Shown piece after piece: positions 41,396-49,235 of a DNA stretch of 64,000 nucleotides. The stretch's first letter is position 1; each line of letters opens with the position of its first letter. The stretch lies in contig CAWGNQ010000005.1 of assembly GCA_963823995.1 (NCBI GenBank), forward strand, positions 596,220 to 660,219. The letters are read 5' to 3'. The translations under genes were made by a program, and so were the position numbers. Source of the DNA: an uncultured Acidobacteriota bacterium (lineage in GTDB: Bacteria; Acidobacteriota; UBA6911; RPQK01; JAPXNP01). Below the pieces are notes generated by a model, which saw nothing but the letters and a program-made list of their open reading frames with translations, ran no database searches and had not been told where the DNA came from.

Positions 41396-41452
41396 TCCGT
41401 GTCCGTCCGTGTTAGTCCGTGTTAGTCCGTGTCCGTCCGTGTCCGTCCGTGT
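41396..41452. repeat. tandem repeat, ~5.7 copies of a 10-bp unit TCCGTGT(CC/TA)G
   Basis: tccgtgtccg tccgtgttag tccgtgttag tccgtgtccg tccgtgtccg tccgtgt. Confidence 0.9.
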
Positions 41453-41472
41453 GAGGAATTGGGCATCTCGCC

Positions 41473-42114
41473 CTAATGGCCGGAGCGGAGGTGCATGCCC
41501 CGGCCCAGCGTCTCCATCAGCTTTCCGACATCCCACGAGAGGCGGCCACGGTCGAGTTCTTTCACCAGCCCGCGAACCCACTCCAGTTCGCTTCGACGCA
41601 TGGCACGCAGGTACTCGACCTCGATCAGATGGAGGCGCCCGATCGCCGGTCCCAGATGTGTGAGAAGACCGTCCAGTTCAGAGAGCGATGATTCGAGGTG
41701 TTCGATTCTCTCCCCCAGTGCTCGCCGGGCGTCCTCCGGGGTGAGATGGACAAGATGGCTCAGAGCCGTCATGAAGTCGGACGGCTCCACGACGGGCTTC
41801 CTGATCAATTCCCGAAGCCAGGCCAGAGCAGCCTCCTCTCCCGCAGGAGTGAGACGATAGATGGTACGGGCCGGTCGCGAACCCTGACTGCCGGTCTCGA
41901 CAGATTCGATGAGCCCACCCTTTTCCAGTCTTCTGATCGAGTGGTAGATCGAACCGGGCTTCAGAGCCAACAGCTCTTCTTTATGCCGTTCTCTGAGGGT
42001 CCGGAGCATTTCATAGGGGTGCATCGGACGCTCGCGAAGCAGACACAGTACGGCCAGCCCCCACAGACTCGGATCCGCTTTCTTCTTTCGATCCATATTC
42101 GCCAAGTAGTTCAT
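41473..42114 (-). CDS. PadR family transcriptional regulator
   Basis: LCLLRERPMHPYE, GSIYHSIRRLE..GLI, RTIYRLTPAG, plus a helical C-terminal domain; start 42114 or 42096. Confidence 0.9.
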   Translation of the reverse strand: MNYLANMDRKKKADPSLWGLAVLCLLRERPMHPYEMLRTLRERHKEELLALKPGSIYHSIRRLEKGGLIESVETGSQGSRPARTIYRLTPAGEEAALAWLRELIRKPVVEPSDFMTALSHLVHLTPEDARRALGERIEHLESSLSELDGLLTHLGPAIGRLHLIEVEYLRAMRRSELEWVRGLVKELDRGRLSWDVGKLMETLGRGMHLRSGH

Positions 42115-42178
42115 TTGCAATATCCCACGAGCCAACCATGCGGTCAATCCGCCGGCTCCCTCCGGATTGCCTCTCAAA

Positions 42179-42207
42179 GTGAACTTTCCCTCCCGGGCGT
42201 TCGTATC
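42179..42207 (+). promoter_or_regulatory. candidate ECF-sigma promoter GTGAAC-N17-CGTATC
   Basis: Ends 33 nt upstream of the adaptor gene ATG at 42241. Confidence 0.5.
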
Positions 42208-42240
42208 ACTTACAAGAATGGAAGCCTGGGAGAATCACTG

Positions 42241-43443
42241 ATGGCTAAGAAGCGCCGCCGCAAATGGCTGTTCGTCCTGTTTACACTCATCATCATCGCC
42301 GTCGTGGGCACATTCGTCTACAGTCGAATGGACTCCGCTCCGGCGACTATAGACTCGTCTCTGCTGGCCGCCGTCGAACGGGGCGACATCGCCCGTTCGG
42401 TCGTGGCCACCGGATTCGTGGAGCCGATTTCCAACAAGATCGAGATCCGCAGCAAGGCCAGCGGACTCGTCAAACATCTGCACGTCGACGTCGGTGACGT
42501 CGTGACCGAGGGTCAACTTCTCGTCGAACTGGACCGGGACCAGCTCGAAGCCCAACTGCGCGAGGCCGAAGCGAACCTACAGGCCGCCGAAGCGGACGTC
42601 GAGGCGGCGGAGGCGGAACTGCACCGCTCCAGCATTTTGGCCGAGGATTACGATGTCGAGTTGGCGCGCTCCAACCACAAGCGCAGCATCGAGCTTTTCG
42701 AGCAGCATCTGATTTCTCAGTCGGCCTTCGATGAAACCGCCGGCAAGCTACAGGAAGCACTCAACCGTCAGCGGGCGGCCGCCGCGGCGATCAGCGTCGC
42801 CAGGGCGACGATCACGCAAAAGAAGGCTCAGGTCGCGCAGGTTCAGGCCAGCGTCGATCGGATCCGTGAGGAGTTGAGCTATACCGACATCCGGTCGCCC
42901 ATCCGGGGCATCGTCCTTTCCCGGCTCGTCGAAGTCGGCAGCGCCGTCTCGTCGATCCAGACGATGGGAGCGGGAGCCACGACGGTCCTCACGCTGGGCG
43001 ACATGAACCAGGTCTACGTGAAGGGCAAAGTGGCCGAGAACGACATCGGCAAGGTTAGGGTGGGACTTCCGGCAAGGATTTCCGTCGAAGCCTTCAAGAA
43101 CCGGACCTTCGACGGCAAGGTCTATAAGATTTCTCCTCTGGGCGTCGAGCAGGACAACGTGACTTCATTCGAGGTTCGCGTCTCCGTAGAGAACCCCGAA
43201 GGCCTTTTGCTGGCCAATATGTCGGCCAATGCCGAGATCATCCTGGAAGAGCACAAGAATGTCCTGACCATACCCGAATCTGCTTTGATCTATGACAAGG
43301 ACCGCAATGTCTTCGTCGAGGTACCCGACCCCACGAAGCCTTCGGGCCGCAGTAAGAAGCCCATAAAAGTCGACATCACCACCGGGACCCGTGCGGAAGT
43401 CACCGAGGGTCTTTCCGAAGGCGACCAGGTGATTCTCCAGTAG
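42241..43443 (+). CDS. efflux periplasmic adaptor subunit (MacA-like)
   Basis: N-terminal TM, VATGFVEP, lipoyl-like VDVGDVV.EGQLL, coiled coil, IRSPIRG, ENDIGKV, NMSANAEI. Confidence 0.9.
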   Translation: MAKKRRRKWLFVLFTLIIIAVVGTFVYSRMDSAPATIDSSLLAAVERGDIARSVVATGFVEPISNKIEIRSKASGLVKHLHVDVGDVVTEGQLLVELDRDQLEAQLREAEANLQAAEADVEAAEAELHRSSILAEDYDVELARSNHKRSIELFEQHLISQSAFDETAGKLQEALNRQRAAAAAISVARATITQKKAQVAQVQASVDRIREELSYTDIRSPIRGIVLSRLVEVGSAVSSIQTMGAGATTVLTLGDMNQVYVKGKVAENDIGKVRVGLPARISVEAFKNRTFDGKVYKISPLGVEQDNVTSFEVRVSVENPEGLLLANMSANAEIILEEHKNVLTIPESALIYDKDRNVFVEVPDPTKPSGRSKKPIKVDITTGTRAEVTEGLSEGDQVILQ

Positions 43444-43464
43444 ACGACGAATCCGGAGACTCCC

Positions 43465-44736
43465 ATGCGTATTGCATCACGACTCCTGACACCGATCCAG
43501 CAGGCCGTCGGGGCGCTCTGGCGACACAAACTGCGCAGCTTCCTCACCATGTTCGGTATCGGCTGGGGCATCTGCTGCCTGGCCTTGATCGGATCCACCG
43601 GCGAGGGCTTCCGCGAGGGCCAACGCAAGAACTGGGCCCAACTCGGCGACGGCATCGTGATGGTCTTTCCGGGCCGCACGGAAATGCAGACCGGGGGCCG
43701 ACGCGCGGGTCGCAACATTCATCTGTTTCAAAGCGATGTCGAGGCGATCAACGAGCAATGCCCGCTGGTGCTGGTCGCCGCCGGGGAGATCAAGAACTGG
43801 TCGGTTCCCGTGGAGAGCCCCCACAACTCCGGTCAGTTCCTGGTCCTGGGGGTCGATCCCGACTACCTGCGCATTCGCAACCTCCCTGCGTCGTCGGGGC
43901 GCGACATCAACTGGTCCGATGTCGAAAACCGCTCCCGCGTCTGCGTCCTGGGTGATTCGGTACGCAAGCAGTTGTTCCCCAAGAACAGCGACGCTCTCGG
44001 CGCCAAGGTCCGCATTCGCGGCTATCAGTATGACGTCGTCGGACTGATGAGCGAAAAGAATCAGAACAGCAGCTACGACGGCTGGGATAACGACAAGATC
44101 CTGATCCCCAACACGACGCTTCGTGCCGACTGTCCGCTGACCCGCCCCATTTCGGTCGAAGGGCGCGTTCAGAATATCGTGTACCGCCCGCGCTCACTGG
44201 ACCAGTGGAAACAGGCTCAGGTGCAGGTGAGAGAGACCCTGGCCCGCATCCACGGCTTCGACCCTCGCGACAAGGCCGCCGTCCCCATGTGGGACACCGT
44301 CGAAACGGCCGCCATGTTCGACGACATCTTCAGCTCGCTTCGGTTCTTCCTGGGCGCCGTCGGACTCATCACGCTCAGCCTCGGTGGAATGGGCGTGATG
44401 AACACGATGATGACGTCCGTCCTGGAACGGACCGCCGAAATCGGTCTCAAGAAAGCCCTGGGCGCGACGAAAAAGCGCGTCCTCCTGGAGATCCTCACCG
44501 AGGGGATCCTTCTGTCGGCGGTCAGCGGAGCGATCGGTTTGCTGCTCGTGGCGGGCCTGGCGGCGATCGTGAACTCACTTCCCCTGCCGGCTTTCTTTTC
44601 GGGTCTGCCGATCGACGAGAAGCTCATTCTGCATCTGATCGGTTTCCTTGGAGCCGTCGCCGTGCTTTCGGCATTGCCTCCGGCTTGGCGGGCCGCCCGG
44701 ATGACTCCCATCGAAGCGCTACGGTTCGAACAATGA
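43465..44736 (+). CDS. ABC transporter permease (MacB/FtsX family)
   Basis: KLRSFLTMFGI, GVMNTM, ERTAEIGLKKALGA, PIEALR. Confidence 0.92.
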   Translation: MRIASRLLTPIQQAVGALWRHKLRSFLTMFGIGWGICCLALIGSTGEGFREGQRKNWAQLGDGIVMVFPGRTEMQTGGRRAGRNIHLFQSDVEAINEQCPLVLVAAGEIKNWSVPVESPHNSGQFLVLGVDPDYLRIRNLPASSGRDINWSDVENRSRVCVLGDSVRKQLFPKNSDALGAKVRIRGYQYDVVGLMSEKNQNSSYDGWDNDKILIPNTTLRADCPLTRPISVEGRVQNIVYRPRSLDQWKQAQVQVRETLARIHGFDPRDKAAVPMWDTVETAAMFDDIFSSLRFFLGAVGLITLSLGGMGVMNTMMTSVLERTAEIGLKKALGATKKRVLLEILTEGILLSAVSGAIGLLLVAGLAAIVNSLPLPAFFSGLPIDEKLILHLIGFLGAVAVLSALPPAWRAARMTPIEALRFEQ

Positions 44737-45995
44737 AATCTCGAGTACTGCTCGGCAATGCATGGTCCTCGATTCTCGCCAACCGCCGGCGCTCTCTGAT
44801 CACCGTCGTCAGTCTGGCCTGGGCCGTCGCGTCTTTCCTGATTCTGATGAGTTACGGCAGCGGATTCGACGAAGCGCTGCGCAAGGCCTTTTGGGCGCTT
44901 GGTCAAGACGTCGTGATCATGGGATCCGGACAGACGAGCGAGCAGGCCGGCGGAATGCGCTCGGGCCGGCGCGTCGCTCTCGAAGAGTCGGATGCCGATG
45001 CGATTCGCGAAAACGTTCCCTTCGTGGCGGCCATCTCCCCCGAGAAGATGGTCAGTGTCCAGGTCGTCTACGAAAATCGGCAGAAGGAGTACATGATCCG
45101 GGGTGTCGTTCCTGAATACCGGAGAATCCGCAACATGAATCTGGTCGCCGGCCGCTGGATCAATGCCGACGACGATCGCTATGCGCGGCGGGTGGCCGTC
45201 ATCGGCGCCACCGTCGGACGAGAACTCTTCGGAGCCCGACCCGTCATCGGCGAGGAAGTCGACGTACGGGGCCTCAAGTTCACCATCATCGGTCAGCTGG
45301 AGACGAAGGTCCAGCTCGCCAACTACAACCGGCCCGACAATGAGTGCCTGTTCATCCCCTACCAGACGATTCGGCTCTTCTCGTCGATCCGTTATCCGGA
45401 TCTGATCGTGTGGTCTCCGACGGCGCCCGAGGTCAGGGATCGAGCGATCAAGCAGGTTCGAGCGACCCTGGCCGGGATTCATCGCTTCTCCCCGACCGAC
45501 GAGAAGGCGGTCTTCATTCTGGCCTTCAGTCAGTTCACCAGCATCGTCGACGGGATGTCCCTGGCGCTCAATGCCCTGCTGATCTTCATCGGTGTCGTCA
45601 CGCTTGGGATCGGCGCCGTCGGACTGGCCAACATCATGTTCACGGCAGTCCTGGAACGCACCCGTGAGATCGGACTGCGCAAGGCGCTGGGGGCCAAACG
45701 CCGCACCATCCTCGCGCAGTTCTTGTGGGAGGCGATCTTCGTCGTTCTCCTCGGCGGTGCCGCCGGCTGTCTCCTCGGCGCCGCCATCGCCCAGGCAATC
45801 GGTTCCCTTCCCTTCATGGGGGTCATGCTCGGCCAGGAGCTCTCCAAACACTATGGTCGCATCCACTTCCTGATTTCGCCCGATTCCGTCGCCGTCTCAC
45901 TGGCCGTCCTCTTTACCGTCGGGTTGATTGCCGGCATCCTGCCGGCGGTCCGCGCCTCCCGCCTCGACCCCGTCGAGTCGCTGCGCTACGAGTAG
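44733..45995 (+). CDS. ABC transporter permease (MacB/FtsX family)
   Basis: ATGA overlap with the previous gene; RSLIT, NIMF, ERTREIGLRKALGA, LDPVESLRYE. Confidence 0.92.
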   Translation: MKSRVLLGNAWSSILANRRRSLITVVSLAWAVASFLILMSYGSGFDEALRKAFWALGQDVVIMGSGQTSEQAGGMRSGRRVALEESDADAIRENVPFVAAISPEKMVSVQVVYENRQKEYMIRGVVPEYRRIRNMNLVAGRWINADDDRYARRVAVIGATVGRELFGARPVIGEEVDVRGLKFTIIGQLETKVQLANYNRPDNECLFIPYQTIRLFSSIRYPDLIVWSPTAPEVRDRAIKQVRATLAGIHRFSPTDEKAVFILAFSQFTSIVDGMSLALNALLIFIGVVTLGIGAVGLANIMFTAVLERTREIGLRKALGAKRRTILAQFLWEAIFVVLLGGAAGCLLGAAIAQAIGSLPFMGVMLGQELSKHYGRIHFLISPDSVAVSLAVLFTVGLIAGILPAVRASRLDPVESLRYE

Positions 45996-46116
45996 GTAGG
46001 ACAACCGTCCCGATTGTCCAGTTGCCCCGCACGAACGGTTTTGCCGCGGCAGTTCGCGCGCCGAGGTTGCAGGTTCCTGGTTTCAACCTCGAAATCCGGA
46101 ACACGTCGACCATCGA

Positions 46117-46145
46117 TTGAACATCTGCCGCAATCTCGACGTATG
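46117..46145 (+). promoter_or_regulatory. candidate ECF-sigma promoter TTGAAC-N17-CGTATG
   Basis: Ends 7 nt before ATG 46153, consistent with a leaderless transcript. Confidence 0.5.
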
Positions 46146-46152
46146 GAAAGCC

Positions 46153-47019
46153 ATGGAAGGCTACTCAAAGTGGCTTGCAGGCTGCGGAATCGGCTGTGTT
46201 GTCGTGATAGCCCTCTTCCTGGCCGGCGGAATCGGTACGTACTTCTTCGTCCGCGATACGTTCCAGGACTTTGCGGGCGCCAAGCAAGCCACGGTTGAAC
46301 TGGCGGGTCGGTACGGAGACATCCGGGACTTTACGCCCCCCTTGAGCGGGAGGATCCCCGCAGATCGGATGGAGTCCTTTCTTAAGGTGCGCGCTGCGAC
46401 TGAACCGGCGCGAACTGCGACGCGCGAGGCGATTGAAGATATCGAGTCCCGCATTGCAGGTTTCGAAAGCGGGGAGATCGGGGGTGTCTGGGCCGTTCTG
46501 TCTATGATCCGTCAAGGTATCAGTGCTCTTCCCAACCTGGCCCGACTCCATCGGGAGCGCTCAAACGCCCTGCTCGATCAGCAGATGGGGCTCGGTGAGT
46601 ACGAGTACATCTATGTTCTCGCCTACTACTCCTGGTTGGAAAAGTCTCCCGGTGACGGGCCGAAGTTCCTCAAAATCGGAAGCAACAACGACGTGAACTG
46701 GGATCCCGACAACGACGTCGACGGGGCACGGGAAACGCGTGCACGTGAGATTGTGCGTCGAGTGCGCTCCGACTTCCGCGCCATGTTCAAGAATGCCTTG
46801 GCGGCGGGTCGAAAGGGCGCTCCGACTGCCGACCAGCAGTGGCTGTCGGCTGTCGAGCAGGAACTGGCCGCTCTCGACGCGAGTTGGGATCGCATCCCCT
46901 GGGCGGACGGTCTCCCTGAAATGACGAAGGACTCACTCACCCCGTTCCGACAGGAGCTCGACATGTCCTATGATGAGTTGAATAATGCGCTCGAACTGAT
47001 CCCCCTCAACGCCCACTGA
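46153..47019 (+). CDS. hypothetical membrane-anchored protein
   Basis: N-terminal TM (KWLAGCGIGCVVVIALFLAGGIGTYFF), FTPP motif; similar layout to 5555..6205. Confidence 0.75.
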   Translation: MEGYSKWLAGCGIGCVVVIALFLAGGIGTYFFVRDTFQDFAGAKQATVELAGRYGDIRDFTPPLSGRIPADRMESFLKVRAATEPARTATREAIEDIESRIAGFESGEIGGVWAVLSMIRQGISALPNLARLHRERSNALLDQQMGLGEYEYIYVLAYYSWLEKSPGDGPKFLKIGSNNDVNWDPDNDVDGARETRAREIVRRVRSDFRAMFKNALAAGRKGAPTADQQWLSAVEQELAALDASWDRIPWADGLPEMTKDSLTPFRQELDMSYDELNNALELIPLNAH

Positions 47020-47032
47020 AAAGGAGACCGCA

Positions 47033-47320
47033 ATGGCCGGTTACCTGATCGCTCGCGTCAATGTGACGGACCCCGAGCAGTACCGAAAGTACACCCAGGT
47101 CACACCTGGCGTCATCGCGAAATACGACGGACGATTCATCGTGCGCGGAGGTCCTGCGGTGACCCTGGAAGGACCGGAAGAAACCCACCGAATCGTCGTC
47201 ATCGAATTTCCCAGTCGGGAGCGCGCGATCGAGTTCTATAACTCCCCCGAATACACCGAGGCCAGAAGGCTGCGTCGCGATGCCTCGGAAGGGTCCTTCA
47301 TCGCCGTCGAAGGCGTGTGA
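47033..47320 (+). CDS. DUF1330 domain-containing protein
   Basis: GRFIVRGG, LEG, VVIEFPS, FYNSPEY; AAGGAG RBS. Confidence 0.9.
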   Translation: MAGYLIARVNVTDPEQYRKYTQVTPGVIAKYDGRFIVRGGPAVTLEGPEETHRIVVIEFPSRERAIEFYNSPEYTEARRLRRDASEGSFIAVEGV

Positions 47321-47321
47321 G

Positions 47322-47642
47322 CTACGGCACCAGAAAAGGGGGATGAGTCCGGCTGAGGGCCTTATCACCTGAAAGCACCGTAACCCTCAGCATGTAGAAC
47401 CCTGAAAGCACCGTAACCCTCAGCATGTAGAACCCCTTGGCGTAAGAACTGATGGGAAGTAACCCGGCATATTGGATGCGGCCGGCAGCATCGGCGTCCG
47501 GCAATTCGATCCGGTCTCGGTGGACGATGACGATGCTGCTCAACCCCGGGAGTTCCGGGCTTGCCGCCTGCACTTCGAGCTGAGTCCGGGCGGTTCCTCC
47601 CTTTCCGCTCAGGGATTCCAGAAGAGGTTGATCGAATTCCTC
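47322..47642 (-). pseudogene. decayed C-terminal fragment resembling acidobacterial VWA/GWxTD-associated Ig-like tails
   Basis: Open frame with no credible start: ...SGKGGTARTQLEV...LSSIVIV...LPDADAAGRIQYAGLLPI...GFYMLRVTV; contains a tandem duplication. Confidence 0.45.
47368..47433. repeat. exact 33-bp tandem duplication
   Basis: CCTGAAAGCACCGTAACCCTCAGCATGTAGAAC at 47368-47400 and 47401-47433. Confidence 0.95.
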
Positions 47643-47750
47643 TCACATGTGGCCTGTCACCTCCCTTCTCCTTTGATCTCGGTAGCGAGCCCGCCGTTTG
47701 AAATTCGCACTGTGCATCTTCCCCTCATTCCCGCCATGGAACTGCGAAAA

Positions 47751-49076
47751 TCAGAGCAGGGTCCCGCCCAGGATGATTCCGGCGACCGTAAAGTAGATCA
47801 GCAGCCCCGAGACGTCGACCAGCGTCGCGACGAATGGTGCGGAGGCGCTGGCCGGGTCGAAACCGATCCCGCTCAGAACGAACGGAAGCATGGCTCCCGA
47901 CAGCGTCCCCCAGCAGACCACGCCGACGAGACTCAGAGCCACGGTCATGGCCACCAGAACATAGTGTTCGCCGTAGGAGTGGAACAGCCCCTGCCAGACC
48001 AGGATCCGGACCAGTCCGATCGACGCCAGAATCGTTCCCAGGGAGAGACCGGCGAGGAGTTCTCGATAGACGATCCGCCACCAGTCCCGAAGTCGGACCT
48101 GTCCGAGGGCCATGGCTCGGATGACCAGCGTGGAGGCCTGCGAGCCCGAGTTGCCGCCGCTGGAAATGATCAGCGGTACGAAAAGAGCCAGAACGACCGC
48201 ACGGGCGATCTCGGCCTCGAAGTGCCCCATGGCGGTCGCCGTGAGCATCTCGCCGACGAAGAGGATGGACAGCCATCCCGCCCGCTTCTGCACCATGGTC
48301 AAAAAGGGAGTGCGCAGGTAGGGCGCCTCGAGAGCCTCCAGGCCGCCGAACTTGTGGATGTCCTCGGTCGCCTCCGAATCGACGACGTCGATCACGTCGT
48401 CGACCGTGACGATGCCCTTCATCCTGCCCTCAACATCGACGACCGGAAGCGCCAGCACGTTATGGCGTGCGATCAGCCGGGCCACCGTCTCCTGATCGGT
48501 GTCTTCCCGAATAGCGACAACGTCCCGGTTCATGACGTCCCTTACGAGACGATTCCCTTCCGCACTGAACAGCTCCCGAAACGAAACCACGCCGAGAAGC
48601 TCCTGATGGGAATCCAAAACATAGATGTAGTAGATCAACTCCAATTGGTTCTGCGTCTGGCGGCGCACATACTGGATCGCCTCGTTGATCGTGATATCCG
48701 GCCGTACTCTGGCAAAACGCGGGCTCATCAGGCCGCCGGCCTGGTCTTCCGAATAGGCGAGCAGACCCGTGACTTCCTGGCGGGTGGCCGCTTCGAGCTG
48801 ATCGAGGAGTCTGGGCCGCTCTTCCGGCGAGACCTCCTGCAGGACATCGGCCAGCTCATCCGGAGCCAGTTGCCGCAGCCAGAACCGTCCCTCGACGGAG
48901 GGAAGTCTCAGGATGATCTCGGACTGGCTGTGTCGCGACAGCGAGTGGTAGAAGCTGTCGGCGTCGTCGGCCGAGAGTTGTTTGAAGAGACGGACCCGCT
49001 CCTCGGTGGAGAGCACCGGCCACGACTCATGAAGCTGTTCTGCGGTAGGTCTCGCCTGTTCGGCGGTCTCGTTCAT
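47751..49076 (-). CDS. mgtE: magnesium transporter MgtE
   Basis: AGGLM and CBS pair, GIVTVDD, KRAGWL, SSGGNSGSQ, DPASASAPFVATLVDV. Confidence 0.94.
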   Translation of the reverse strand: MNETAEQARPTAEQLHESWPVLSTEERVRLFKQLSADDADSFYHSLSRHSQSEIILRLPSVEGRFWLRQLAPDELADVLQEVSPEERPRLLDQLEAATRQEVTGLLAYSEDQAGGLMSPRFARVRPDITINEAIQYVRRQTQNQLELIYYIYVLDSHQELLGVVSFRELFSAEGNRLVRDVMNRDVVAIREDTDQETVARLIARHNVLALPVVDVEGRMKGIVTVDDVIDVVDSEATEDIHKFGGLEALEAPYLRTPFLTMVQKRAGWLSILFVGEMLTATAMGHFEAEIARAVVLALFVPLIISSGGNSGSQASTLVIRAMALGQVRLRDWWRIVYRELLAGLSLGTILASIGLVRILVWQGLFHSYGEHYVLVAMTVALSLVGVVCWGTLSGAMLPFVLSGIGFDPASASAPFVATLVDVSGLLIYFTVAGIILGGTLL

Positions 49077-49235
49077 CCGGTACACTCCCCTCTCGAAATC
49101 GATTTCCGATTAGTCTACTGTGTTCGAAAGCCGCACGACTACAGAACCGACGCCACCTGTGACGGCGGTGCCTCGAGTCAGGCAGAGCAGGCCGCCCATG
49201 GTTGGATTCAGAAGTTGACCTGAAGGGTGTCGCGC

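Noticed and set aside
41396-41452. CRISPR array
   Set aside because: Contiguous 10-bp units with no unique spacers, and no cas genes in the window
41698-42240. Extended N-terminus of the efflux adaptor (581-aa ORF)
   Set aside because: Antisense to padR; RBS, TM segment and promoter motif support ATG 42241
47368-47433. CRISPR repeat pair or insertion target-site duplication
   Set aside because: The two copies are directly adjacent, with no spacer or inserted element between them
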